A DNA stretch of 64,000 nucleotides. It comes from Schizochytrium sp. TIO01. Taxonomy: Eukaryota > Protista > Bigyra: Labyrinthulomycetes. Positions 45,729 to 57,162 of the stretch are shown here, in pieces. The notes below the pieces were generated by a model. The model had not been told where the DNA came from. It made no database searches and was given only the letters and a program-made list of their open reading frames with translations. The number at the start of each line of letters is the position of its first letter. Position 1 is the first letter of the stretch. The stretch covers positions 1,116,001 through 1,180,000 of the forward strand of contig SMSO01000035.1 of assembly GCA_004764695.1 (NCBI GenBank). The letters run 5' to 3'. The position numbers and the translations under genes were made by a program.

Positions 45729-48700
45729 ATATTGTTGCTTGGCCGATTTGCTCTGTTTCCCTGTTGTCCTTACTTTCTACGCCTTCAGCATCCTGAATGC
45801 CATCTATTCTAACCATCGTACTGGTGAACATAAAGTCGAAGGCAAATAGGGATGAATGGCCCTATATGGCCAAGATCAGGCTATCAGCAGAAGACACTTG
45901 GTTTGCTCAACAGCCTAGTTGATTGGGGTTAGGAAAAAAGGAAAACAAAGTATCGTGAGCTTCAGTAAATCAAAGCTAACCACGAATTGACTCTACTGCC
46001 CCAATGGTTATTTCGAAATTAGCGAGAGCACCTAGGTTCTGAATCTCAAATCTACCCGCGCCTCCTCTTATCCCTCTTCCCAATTCAGAGAAATATGGAA
46101 CCCAAGCCTTATCTGACACAGGGGTTGGTATTTTTTGTTAGCAGGCTAAAATTAGATCACAACTTGATTTGCCAATAAAAATGCGTGCCTTTGGTCCTTT
46201 TATTAGTGATCAAGGTGCTGTTTCCTATGCATGCCTGCCAATGCATTTATTTGATTACTGTTTTGTTAATAAAATACACTATTTTCTATTGTTCTTTTTC
46301 TATTTTCTAGTTTAACAAGCTGCGTTGTTTGCTGGGCATTGCCATATGCTTTTCTTAAAATGATTTTAGATTTCGGACCCTCGATTTTTACGGGCGCGTC
46401 TGCCTTAAGATGAATATTATCGCTTATAAGGTGTCGACGAGCGACCGAATGACATGAAGCAGATATAACAGCTTTTTGAAAAAGAAGTTGAGATCTTGCC
46501 AGAAATATATATATACAGACTTTGGTATCCTTTCATCATAATCGCCTTAGATCGTCTTAGTCTCTATCAATCAAACTTTAAGTTTGGCTTCCCGGTTAGC
46601 CAGACCTAATCTTCATCTTCATCAACGCGCTAACTTTGGTGCGACCTTTCGCAAGGTTGTATTCCAAAATCTCTTCCGACCAGAGACTCCTCACCTGGGT
46701 CGACAAATAACTACATCTCAATTTTTATTATGTTGAGATTCGGAAATCGCCATCATCGCTTGGGCTCATCAGCCACCTGCAACAATTGTTTCTGCACAAT
46801 ATGAGATATCAGGACAGGGCAATTTGAGAAAGGATGGCTCGATCGATACTCATTAGCAGTACTCTAGACCTTTTCACTTCACCAATTGCTGTCGCCGCTT
46901 GCCCACCCTTTATAATAGGTCACTTTCTATCGTCTATCACTACGTGTGTCTTTTGATTGACCGTGCCTCCGCACTTAACCCTTTAACTATAAAACACCTT
47001 GGGTGCGCTATCATCACCCACGAGCACACGTTTATATTGTCATAAATGATGAAATATTACTAATGCATACAATTGCTAAGTGCTAAGTGTTTCAATAACC
47101 CCTTATCTACTGCCAGTTCAACTTGCTGATATATGCTCTTTCGGTCAAGTCTTCAGCAACTGAATTAAGTTTCCAGCGCGAAGGTCAACACTCCAATCAT
47201 TGTGGTATAGTTTCGTAAATTACAACTTGTAAAATGATTTTCCTTTCGTATGTCGAGCATACAAAGGAGTGGACTTCTTTCGCCTCGTGGCTTGCGAAGA
47301 TTCTTAAGTTTAGTAGTCTCTCCATAGCAGTAAAAAACTCACTCACGTCTACGCTCGAGTGGTTGAAGCACGCTCAAAGGTGAGCGAAAGACTGGATTCA
47401 AATGTGTTGTTGCCACTGCCAGGACCTGTATTTCTCGTGCATTTAATTCACATTGTATGTGCATATTATCAAGGCTGATTTCAGGGCACGAAATCTCGCT
47501 GGCAAAGCTCATGCTGGTCCAGACGGGTAGATACCTGGGTGCTCTCTTCGAAGAACTTGAAGCCTATGAGGCATGCATACTATCATGATGTGCTCAACAT
47601 TCTCTTTGGCGAAGGTTTGCATCGATAACTGATAAGTCTCAAGTTACTCTAGAGTTAGAGCGGTGTTTTTTTATTTCTTTCCTGAAAACCGTATTTCAAG
47701 GTAAGAGTGGCCGGGCCCCCCATTTAAGGTGGTCTAAAATAGATTCATTTAATAATTTAAATAAAGGAACAAGTCAGAACTTGAACTTCACATACAAATA
47801 AAATAAAAATTTGGGTGAATATTTAAGGTGATATAATGGCATCCATTTTATCCTGTTGAGTGTAAGTAAGTGACTTGTATCGAAGCCCTCGCTCGTTCTC
47901 TCGATCTCTTACGGCTTGGTGTCTGCAGAGAGTTCACTCAGAGCCAGCTGCGCCTTGATCTCAGCGTACGTCTGACATAACTTGATCTATAAAAAAGCTT
48001 CATGCCGTAGCCCTAAGCCAGTTAAGTCGGAGTCGTCCTCTCTCTTTCGTGTGCACGTGCCGCACATTGAATTGGTCATCCACTTTTTTGTTTTTGTTTG
48101 TTTTTTAAAGTTCCTTTCTCCGAAAGACTAAAGAAAAACACCACAAGCGCTCTTCTTGAAAGTAGTACCCTAGTTCTGCTTCTCGATACCTCACGAGTAC
48201 CGCCAGTGGTTCGAGGCGCTGCTAGAGCGCAGTCAGCAAAGGTTTCGTGTGCGTGAGGTTGCTGGAACGTTAACTTCCTTACCTTCCCAGAGTGGTATGG
48301 GCAAAGGCGGCAAAGACATCTAAACTAAGAGCAACTAGACGTGCTGGAATCGCAGCGAGTCAAGCCCGAGCTTGACTCCGAGGACTATTGAAGTCGTCTG
48401 TCTTGCGGAGTGGGTTAGGAAGAGGCCGGGGAAGGAGACCAGAGGGTCTGCAGTGGCACAACGCTAGTTTTGCACGCAAACACAAAGTGGTGTTGCACTC
48501 GAGGCCCAACGAGAAAGGTATCATACACACTTGGGAAGTTTATAACATACACAGCCAGCTGATAACTAAAAGACTCAGGACCTAGAATTCGAAACCAAAA
48601 ACGAAACAGTTCTTGTTTAAAGAAGTCTTTGCAGGACGTCAAGACTTAAACTCAGACTAGTACAAGCGTGCTTTACGTGAGCGCGAGCGTGAGGGTGAGC

Positions 48701-49094
48701 TTGCGCCGTCGACGTCGCTGCTGCCGTTGTTTGGAAGAGGCTAGGCTCGTGGAATCCAGACTCGTTGCTCATTTGTTTGTTTGGTTGTGGGTGCAGCGCG
48801 CAATATCTCAAGATCCAGCGCTCAGCGTAATTACGAGACAACGTTGTGGTCGTGTTTCTGTTACCACCTGTTTCTTAGAAGAGGCGGTGTCTCTGTCAAA
48901 ACCCGTTCATAAAGCAGGAGTGTTAGCTACCTGCAATTTGTAGTGGGCTGGTTTCGGAGATCATTGACCTCTCGTTCAGAAACCAAACACTTTATACTCT
49001 TGTACCGCCAGAGGTTGAGAGGATTGCACTGCTGCTAAATTCAGAAAGGTACCCCACCCTACTTTAGGTGGCGTGCTGCTGTCTTGCCGAAACG

Positions 49095-50849
49095 ATGAAC
49101 TTCATACAGGCAAGATATGGTGCGGAGGCCATTCGGAGACGAAGAAGCACACGTGCTGATAGGCAGGGTATCCTTGGTTACGTTTTCGCGGGAGGCCTTG
49201 CAATTGCGTGTGCTGTGGCGATTCATCAGAGCTGGACCGCTCCAGAGTTTGAGCTTGCGCATCCGGACCTGAAGACATTCTCGCGGCGAAGCTTGTCTGA
49301 CATTTTCAAGACAGAGTCAGATGAATGTGAAGGCTACCCTGAGGCGTGGGCAGCCTGGCTGTTTGTGATCGTACTGTACAGTTTTGTGGGCTTGGCTGTC
49401 ATTACTGATGAGTACTTCGAGCCAACTCTAACTTTGCTAAGTGAAGACTTTGGTCTCAGTCGTGATGTAGCTGGTGCAACTTTTATGGCAATGGGTAGTA
49501 GTGCTCCTGAGTTGATCACATCTTTTGTTGATACCTTTTTGTCCAAGGCTAGTGTGGGCATTGGTACCATTCTTGGCTCCGCGATGTTCAATATGCTCAT
49601 TATTGTTGCTGGCTCCGCCATCATTGGTCGCCGGAGCTCTGGCGCCCCATTGTTGATCAACAGCTGGCCGATTGGTCGTGACGCAACTTTCTACCTGATT
49701 TCGATAGCCGTACTTGCGGGTGTGATGCTCAATGACGGTCTGCTGTGCGTCTATAAGGACAACGAGTTTGAGATTTTCGTCAACGCTTCAGATACTAGTG
49801 TGACTGAAGATGACCTCTATTGCTATGTCGGTCTTATTCGCCCTGTTGAAGGATTCTTCCTAGTGCTGATTTACATCATTTACATCATCTTTATGGTCTT
49901 CAACCGTCGTTTGCATGAGTTCTGGGATAAGAAAGTGTCTTTCCAGTGCTGCTCGCGATGGTGCAAGCCTCTAAGTGCCACACGCCCCGCGTATGAGCTT
50001 TCTGGTCTCGAGGAGACGATGGCAAAGGAGCAAGCACTGCAGGCACAGCGCGATGCTAACCGCGGAATTGTCCCTGCTCAGCCTACTATGCCTGAGGATG
50101 AGGATGTTCCACGTGCCCGTGGTCACACTGACATTGATGAGTTTGTAGGTGTAGATGAGGAAGAAGGTTTCCCGGGTCGGCCTTGGGATATGCCAGAGTC
50201 TTTTGGCGGCAAGCTATACCGTATCATTGCTTTCCCTTACTACCTGATTTTCTGGTTGATGATGCCAGTATCTTTCCCGTGGCGCATTACCCGAAGCGTG
50301 GTGCTTTTCCTCGGTTGCATTTTCTTCATTACCCTCCTTACATTTGCTATGGTATATACTGCTACGTTTGGAAGTTGCTTGATTAATGTAGATCCGTTCA
50401 TCATTGCTTATATTTTGCTCGCGATTGGCACGAGTGTCCCTGATGCACTGGCCTCTTTCATTGTCGCACGTGATGGTCATGGCGATATGGCTGTGTCGAA
50501 TGCGCTCGGTTCCAATGTGTTTGATATTCTTATTGGCCTTGGTCTTCCATGGTTCATTGGTGGACTCGTGTTCAATGAACAGGTGACTTGGGGCGATCAG
50601 CATTTTGGAGGTTCTTTCGTCATTAACAATGGTGGTGTCTTTGGTTTAATTCTTCTCGTGGCCGCACTATTTCTTTTCATCGTCTCGCTAATCGTCTTCA
50701 GATGGCGCTTGCATTCATTTATCGCTTGGATTCTCATTGCATACTACATTGCATTCGTGGCGGTTTTGATTCTTGCAAACGCTTGCAAGATTCCCATATG
50801 CCTGGAGCTAGATTGCTCACGGTGCGGATTTGAGCCCAGTTTGATCTAA
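49095..50849 (+). CDS. NCKX: K+-dependent Na+/Ca2+ exchanger (NCKX, SLC24 family)
   Basis: Alpha-1 repeat DVAGATFMAMGSSAPEL...GIGTILGSAMFN and alpha-2 repeat LAIGTSVPDALAS...GDMAVSNALGSNVFDI. First ATG is at 49095. Confidence 0.93.
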   Translation: MNFIQARYGAEAIRRRRSTRADRQGILGYVFAGGLAIACAVAIHQSWTAPEFELAHPDLKTFSRRSLSDIFKTESDECEGYPEAWAAWLFVIVLYSFVGLAVITDEYFEPTLTLLSEDFGLSRDVAGATFMAMGSSAPELITSFVDTFLSKASVGIGTILGSAMFNMLIIVAGSAIIGRRSSGAPLLINSWPIGRDATFYLISIAVLAGVMLNDGLLCVYKDNEFEIFVNASDTSVTEDDLYCYVGLIRPVEGFFLVLIYIIYIIFMVFNRRLHEFWDKKVSFQCCSRWCKPLSATRPAYELSGLEETMAKEQALQAQRDANRGIVPAQPTMPEDEDVPRARGHTDIDEFVGVDEEEGFPGRPWDMPESFGGKLYRIIAFPYYLIFWLMMPVSFPWRITRSVVLFLGCIFFITLLTFAMVYTATFGSCLINVDPFIIAYILLAIGTSVPDALASFIVARDGHGDMAVSNALGSNVFDILIGLGLPWFIGGLVFNEQVTWGDQHFGGSFVINNGGVFGLILLVAALFLFIVSLIVFRWRLHSFIAWILIAYYIAFVAVLILANACKIPICLELDCSRCGFEPSLI

Positions 50850-51099
50850 CGAGTCCTCTGATGTATGAACATAGATATAATATCTCAATACTAATAATAG
50901 TTTACAATTTGTTTTATTCGTTCTCTCTATATATATTAGTTTTCTATTTTGAACAGGAGTACTTTGGGACGCATGTATCTAATATGCTATATATGCTAGA
51001 GGTAGTAGTACGTGTTACTGGCTCAGAGAAACTACCATCTACTTTCAACCAGGACCTTTAAATTATCCCATTTTTAATGCGATTCTAGCCTTGATTTCA

Positions 51100-51370
51100 T
51101 CGCTCTTGAAAGAAAAGAAGATTGAATCAACTCAAGGTGCCTATCACTCTCTTCTGAATACCCTACCCTGCGTTTTGGAATACACACCTCAATAGAGCGC
51201 CAAAGCTGACAATGTATGCATGTTTGATCATCTATACTGACCATCTTACAGACAAGAATGTAATATAGTGCCACATCGTTTATCAAAACCTCACCCATGG
51301 CAATTTCATGCTCGTATATATTGTGTCTTTCTATCGCGAACTGAGTTTCGAGGAGTCGTCTAGACACTTA
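51100..51370 (+). mobile_element. Possible heavily decayed Ty3/gypsy RNase H fragment
   Basis: Broken frames read KKIESTQGAY and DHLTDKNVI*CHIVYQNLTHGNF...RELSFEE, resembling gypsy RNase H (KKL..AQ.NY; V.TDH.NL; RW.L.LEE). Confidence 0.3.
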
Positions 51371-51993
51371 TCAACGAAGAGTAGGCATACTCTCCATTTC
51401 TTTTGTGATCACCATGATGCAAATTTGAGTAGAAAAAAAATATGCCAGCGTATATTTTTATTCTTCAATAAAATAAATACGCTCGGCACAAGGGATCGTA
51501 AATTAGAGTTTATTTGTGGTTGATGATGTATATAAAGAGAAAGATTTTTTTTTTCTCGTTTAAAGAGTCTGTTTATCTGAAAGGGCGGGTGGAGATATAA
51601 TAGTTGCTAGGTTGGTCGGTTTGTTGGTAAAACAGGGTTATTGTTGTTGTCATTGGCGGGGGTATCAAAAGCAGTGCAGTAGTAGTTACGAGCGAACAGT
51701 GATTTGTCCCGGTCGAAATAATCCTCACGTATCCACCACTCTGAGGACCCGCTCACCCATACACGCATCCAGTTTACAGCAGTAGCAGGAGGAAGATCAG
51801 AGGCTGTAAACGGGGATGCGGTTTAAACGAGATCCTGAGAGATTGACATATTATTAACAACGCATCGAAAGTACGTTGATTCCTCGGTATGTGCTGCATC
51901 TGAACGAGTTAAATCACGCAACGTGCGTTTAATTGTCCGAATAAGTGAAACAGCACCCTAAGGAAAAGAGACGAAAACCAGAAAAATAGGTTC

Positions 51994-53250
51994 TTAGGTC
52001 TCACCGTTGTAGACGACAAGGTCCGAGGAAAAGGGCGGGTCGGCGCGCACCACAACACCTCCAACGTTGGTGGGGTGAGTAATGTAGACCTTACCCTCAA
52101 TGCCGAGTTTCTCGGCAGTCGCGTTCATTGCTGCTGCCACCTTCTGGTCAGTACGTTGGGTGAATGACTGCGTGAAGAAGTCTCCAGAACCTCCAGTGGT
52201 AATCGCCATGACCACAGGTCCAGCTCCAGAGAGATACGCTCCTGCTGCTCCGGCCTCGTAGCAAGCATTGATCAAAGGGTACAAGTGGTGGTACACCTTC
52301 TCTCCACGCTGCGGCTGGTGCAATCTATCTTCAAGTCCTACACGCAAGTTCTGCGGTTTGCCAGAGGTGAGTGCAAGCACAAGCCAGGCCAGGCGTCCCA
52401 TGTTGAAGACCGCATCCTCGAGCGAAACCTCCTGGGGCACGACCTTGCGCAACTCCGAGGTCTTTCCAACAAAACTCGGGATGAACATGACGAACACAAG
52501 TCCGTGAGGCAGGTTTACGCGCTCAGTGGCCCAACGTTTCTCCAATGCGTCATAAAGTCCGACTTGAACACCACCATAAATGGCGGGAGCAACGTTGTCC
52601 GGGTGACCCTCAATCTCAGTGGCAAGCTGGAGAAGCTGCTCCTTGCCCTGAACGTCGAGCTTGTGACCAGCGATGACGAGACCCGCAAGGATACCTGCGA
52701 CGATGGCTGCAGAACTGGAGCCAAGACCACGGCCGAAAGGGATGCGCTGCACTAGGTGGTAGCGAAGTGGCGGCACGGGCTTACCGGCGGCAGCAAAAGC
52801 GGCCTTGACACCGACCACGACAAGGTTAGAGTCGTCAAGAGGAATATCCTCGGCACCCTCACCCTCCACAGTGATGGAGAAGGACTCTGCGCGCTCCACA
52901 GTCAGCTCGTTCCACATGTCGAGAGCCATGCCGATGCAATCGTAGCCAGAGCCAAGGTTTGCACTAGTAGCGGGAACCTGCACGGTCACGCTGCGACGCT
53001 CCATAATGAGGAGAGCATCAGATCCGAGGCGGGAGCGACGCGCAATAGGGCCGGAGGAAGCCTTTTGGCGATCGTCCCAGGCCTTCATGGAGGCGGCGGC
53101 GGCCTGGCGATCATGCTCAGCCTTGGCACGAGCAGCATCGGCACGGGAAAGCTCGCGACGGCGAAGAAGGGCAAGGCCGAGGACTGCAGAAAGGGCAGCC
53201 AGGCTAGGCAGTACGAGCGAGGGGATCGACGAAGAGGATTCGGAAGACAT
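51994..53250 (-). CDS. thrB: Homoserine kinase (GHMP kinase) with N-terminal hydrophobic anchor
   Basis: VPATSANLGSGYD, IPFGRGLGSSSAA, EGHPDNVAPA, DRLHQPQR and LSGAGP. First ATG is at 53250. Confidence 0.95.
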   Translation of the reverse strand: MSSESSSSIPSLVLPSLAALSAVLGLALLRRRELSRADAARAKAEHDRQAAAASMKAWDDRQKASSGPIARRSRLGSDALLIMERRSVTVQVPATSANLGSGYDCIGMALDMWNELTVERAESFSITVEGEGAEDIPLDDSNLVVVGVKAAFAAAGKPVPPLRYHLVQRIPFGRGLGSSSAAIVAGILAGLVIAGHKLDVQGKEQLLQLATEIEGHPDNVAPAIYGGVQVGLYDALEKRWATERVNLPHGLVFVMFIPSFVGKTSELRKVVPQEVSLEDAVFNMGRLAWLVLALTSGKPQNLRVGLEDRLHQPQRGEKVYHHLYPLINACYEAGAAGAYLSGAGPVVMAITTGGSGDFFTQSFTQRTDQKVAAAMNATAEKLGIEGKVYITHPTNVGGVVVRADPPFSSDLVVYNGET

Positions 53251-55567
53251 CGTGAAGAATGGACGCCGTGCGGGAATGGGAATGGGTGAAGGGGATTTAC
53301 TGCTTGCTTTCCCTATCAAATAATTATCATTTCTTTTCTAATCACCTACTATTTTATTTAGCCTTCTCCCTTCCTTATTGTTTGTTGCACTCTGTTTCGC
53401 ATTTCTTTTCTTTTTTGGTCTCTAGAGTTTAATAAAATTTAGTAGTGATAAACACATTGCAGAGGTACACCTGCCTATACCTATTAGGCAGGCAATGATG
53501 CACTTTCCGCTTTTTCTTGTTCTTCATCCATTCCCAGAGTCATTGACGATGATGACGATGATATCTCGATGCTCGCTCGCTACCTCCACGAGGAACGGTC
53601 GCTCCTTTTGCGATCTGGCACGGATGCACTAAGCCTTCGCGAATCAGTGCGTGTAGCGTGGCGATAGAACGGCTTTCACCATGGCAAAGCGGAGTGCGAT
53701 GCAGTACAATCTTGTGCCATGAAATGTAATGTTCTGTAGACAATGTCGAAGAAAGCAATGTAAAGCAGAGTAATACAAAGCGGGAAGATACAAGATCAGA
53801 AACACCCTCTCGGTACGTCTCTCTCTAGCCAGCTGTCTGGTGACTCGGCTCTCAAGCGGTTGAGCTTAGCTGGCTGTGACTATCTAGCTCTAGACATCTT
53901 TGATTCATTCACAAGGCCCACAGATCGTCTCTGGGTCGCTTCAAGTTTGGCGTCTCAAAATTGGACGGCTGGTGGAGAAGAAATGATGGCGTATCTGGTT
54001 CTCGCTATTTGCTTCTATGGGCGTTGAAGTCTGCTCGTTTCGATGCAAGAGAAGAAGAGGCGAGGTGAGGTATTGAAAACTCGTGGGCCCCGACTGCGAG
54101 CGAGCAGAGCAAACGCCTCGTAATCAGGGCATCGATCTCAATTACAATCAGGCGGAGGCGAAGATGTTACATCAACGGTGTACTTAGGTTGTAGGTACCT
54201 TTGTATTTGGGTGATGCCTACTCCTATTTCTAGGAAAGCATTTTTAATAAAATGAAACAACAACAAAAGGAAATACTCTGAGTTGTGGGAATAGAACTTA
54301 CTTATGTGCTAATAGGGAAGAGGAGTGGTAGAAAAGAGGCCTCATTCGTTCTTGACGATCGATGAGAGAGATACCTGCTACTCATCAAGCTAATCGGGGA
54401 CACGGGGCCTGATGGTTGCTAGGTCAGCGAACAGTTAATTCCAGTTGAAATGGTGGGATATCTTGGCGATGATTTTCTGAAATACCTTGATGACGACCGC
54501 AAGAAAGATTAAGGAATAACAAACTAAATTCTCTTTTGACAGTGTTGACCAGATGTTGCGCACACTAACAAGATACTGCGCACATGCAGCAGGCCTGCAT
54601 GGAGAAAATTATGTGGTGACTGCATTGGTGAATTGGGACTTGGGCTCCGCTTTCCCTCATCCAGATTATGCAAGTTGTTGAGATTATCGCAAAAAGGAGA
54701 AAATTTTACAATGTTCACTTCTAAACTTCTAAACTACCTGAAGAGGATGCTTCCCGGAAGCGACGGGACTGATTGAGCCTGCACTGACACAGACATCGTA
54801 TGATGCTGACCCTGCCACAAAAGTACATTATGATATTCTCATGCAGAAGAAACCCTGCAAGTGACAAAGGAACTTATAAACACAGATAAATCCGGTGCAA
54901 CTCTGTTGTTTTATACTTTATGAAGAATGAACCGGACTAAGCGGGGCAGCATCGTTTTGTGCAAGACCCAAAGTCTCAAAGGACGGCACACGTCCACAAG
55001 AACGAGGATTTTTAAATGCTGATTGCAGTATGAGGGATTTTTAGACGCTCCTTGCAGTATCAGGGCGCAGTTGAACATGCATACCAACCGAACTGAGACT
55101 TCCCAAGGCACAAGCAATTATTATCTGAAGTGCGCACTTAGCACTTCATTGCTGGTCTTTGAGGAAAAAAAAACCTATACCAAACAATATCTAACAATAT
55201 ATGAAGGGGGCGTCTTAAACGTCGACATCAATTGGGGGAAGCAGGTGGTAGTAGTAATATGTACTTTACTCTAAGTGTCAAAAGAACAAGGGTGATGTAC
55301 TCTGTAACTTAAGGCGAGAGTTGACGGAAGTACATGATAAAATAAACTCTTTAGTATACCCCTTTCAAAATTGTTCTGTTTCGTTCTTAGATAAATAGCA
55401 TGTACAAATTTCTCATCTGGGGTATTGAAGAAGTTTATTGGGGATTTTGGGGAGTATATTAAAACTTAATGCTATTTTGCGCAAAACACTGTGGTGGTAA
55501 AGTCATATAGTACACTATTCTAGGTTTAGTCGATACGTTCAAACTTTCTAAAAGAACAGTTATTGCA

Positions 55568-55941
55568 TTAGTGTTGTTCATACTGTTCTTCTCAAACTTT
55601 ATGCTTTACTTAGTGCTATTGATACTGTTCTTCTTTAACTTTATGCTTTACTTAGTGTTATTGATACTGTTCTCCTCAAACTTAATGCTTTACTTAGTGT
55701 TATTCATACTGTTCTTCTCAAACTTTATGTTTAACCTCATCTTATTGCTTTACTTAGTGTTATTCACTGTTCTTAATTTGAAGGCTATTTATTAAAAAAG
55801 AAAATTCTTAGCTTCCCAAAATTTATGCTCTACTTAAACACTGTTCTTCTTCAACTTATGTATTACAGCTTAACCTTTTTCCTTTACTTAACCTCATTGC
55901 TACTGTTCTTCTCAAACTTTATGCTCTTCTTAAACTTTATG
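55568..55941. repeat. 42-bp AT-rich minisatellite, 4 full copies plus degenerate partials
   Basis: Unit ~TTAGTGTTATTCATACTGTTCTTCTCAAACTTTATGCTTTAC starting at 55568, 55610, 55652 and 55694, with partial copies to about 55941. Confidence 0.88.
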
Positions 55942-57162
55942 TATTCTACTTACGGAGTGAGGAATCATGAATCCTCACATAGTTCTTCCATTCGAAATAC
56001 GGAATCACTCTGTTTAGGCGTTCTGTTCTCCTTGAACTCAAAATTTGGCACTTAATTAGTAAAATCTAACATTTACATTAGCGACGTAGTCCCAAAAGCA
56101 CAGCTACAGTATCATTCAAAAGAAAGATTGTTGATTTCTCGTTTCAATATTCAATTTTGTTCGTTCCTTGAATGTAGTCTAACTCAACTGTCCAACTGGT
56201 CTATACATTACCTGCCACTTCCGACCGAACACAGTCCCGAACGTGCGAGGAATACGACATATACGAATACGAAACACATTATGCTGTGACTCTGGATACC
56301 AAGCAAAAAGGAAACCGACTTATACTTTACATCACTAACCTCTTCTTTTTCACACAGTTCACTGTACTTATCAATAAAGGACCCCTGCGATACCTCGGAA
56401 TCAAACATCAAGCACGCGCTTTGGACAGATTTCATTCCTTCAAGGAGAACTCGTCCCCTCACATCAGACAGTACATCGACGCAAGATTCGAGGTCGCAAC
56501 TTTCATACTTCAGGCAGAATATCAAAATAATTTCCCTCCGCCCATTTCGTACTCTCTCGTCATATAAAACGTGAGAACTCTTTATGTTAAAGAGAACCGC
56601 AAGTATCTCCTTCACAAGAGCCGCTTTCAGAATGTTGGCGACTCACCCAACCTATGCCACACAGAACTGTCGACTCCTACATGCCAAGCTTAAGCATACC
56701 AGATGTTCTATTGTCCAACTTGTCTAAGACCTCCTACTTTCGCTTCTATACAATAACTTCTTCTTAGACTTGTACTTGAAACAAAAACGCGCACTTCAGA
56801 TTGTGGGGTTGCCCCACCCGAGTATTATATGGGGTCGGAGGATCGCGTCATCCATAAGAAGATCGCGCGTGTGCGTGGACGAGTGTACAAGACGATGACT
56901 GGTGACTATTTTAAAAACCACGAAATTAGCTATATATAAAAGAGGATAGAGGAAGGTAACAATGTGGAACACAAGTATAAATTTCTTCAACATATTAGAA
57001 ATATTAAGCACATATAGGAAGGAGCCATTTCAGAACTCAACAAATTTGTGATGAAACTAACGCTAATAATGGCTTCGCTCAATGAGTCCCCATCTAGCGA
57101 GGAACGGTCTGCACCACTTGCTATAAAACTACAAAGTACGGATTCAAGTTCCAACATTCATT

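Noticed and set aside
47345-47410. tRNA-like sequence (GCTCGAGTGGTTGAAGCA...GGATTCAAAT, hairpin CGCTCA/TGAGCG)
   Set aside because: No acceptor or T-stem pairing, and the loop is 4 nt instead of a 7-nt anticodon loop. tRNAscan-SE would be decisive.
48357-48378. Perfect 9-bp hairpin GAGTCAAGC-ccga-GCTTGACTC
   Set aside because: It is isolated, has no U-tract or recognisable RNA family, and is plausible by chance in 64 kb.
55568-55941. CRISPR-like array
   Set aside because: The units are head-to-tail with no unique spacers, there are no cas genes and the context is eukaryotic.
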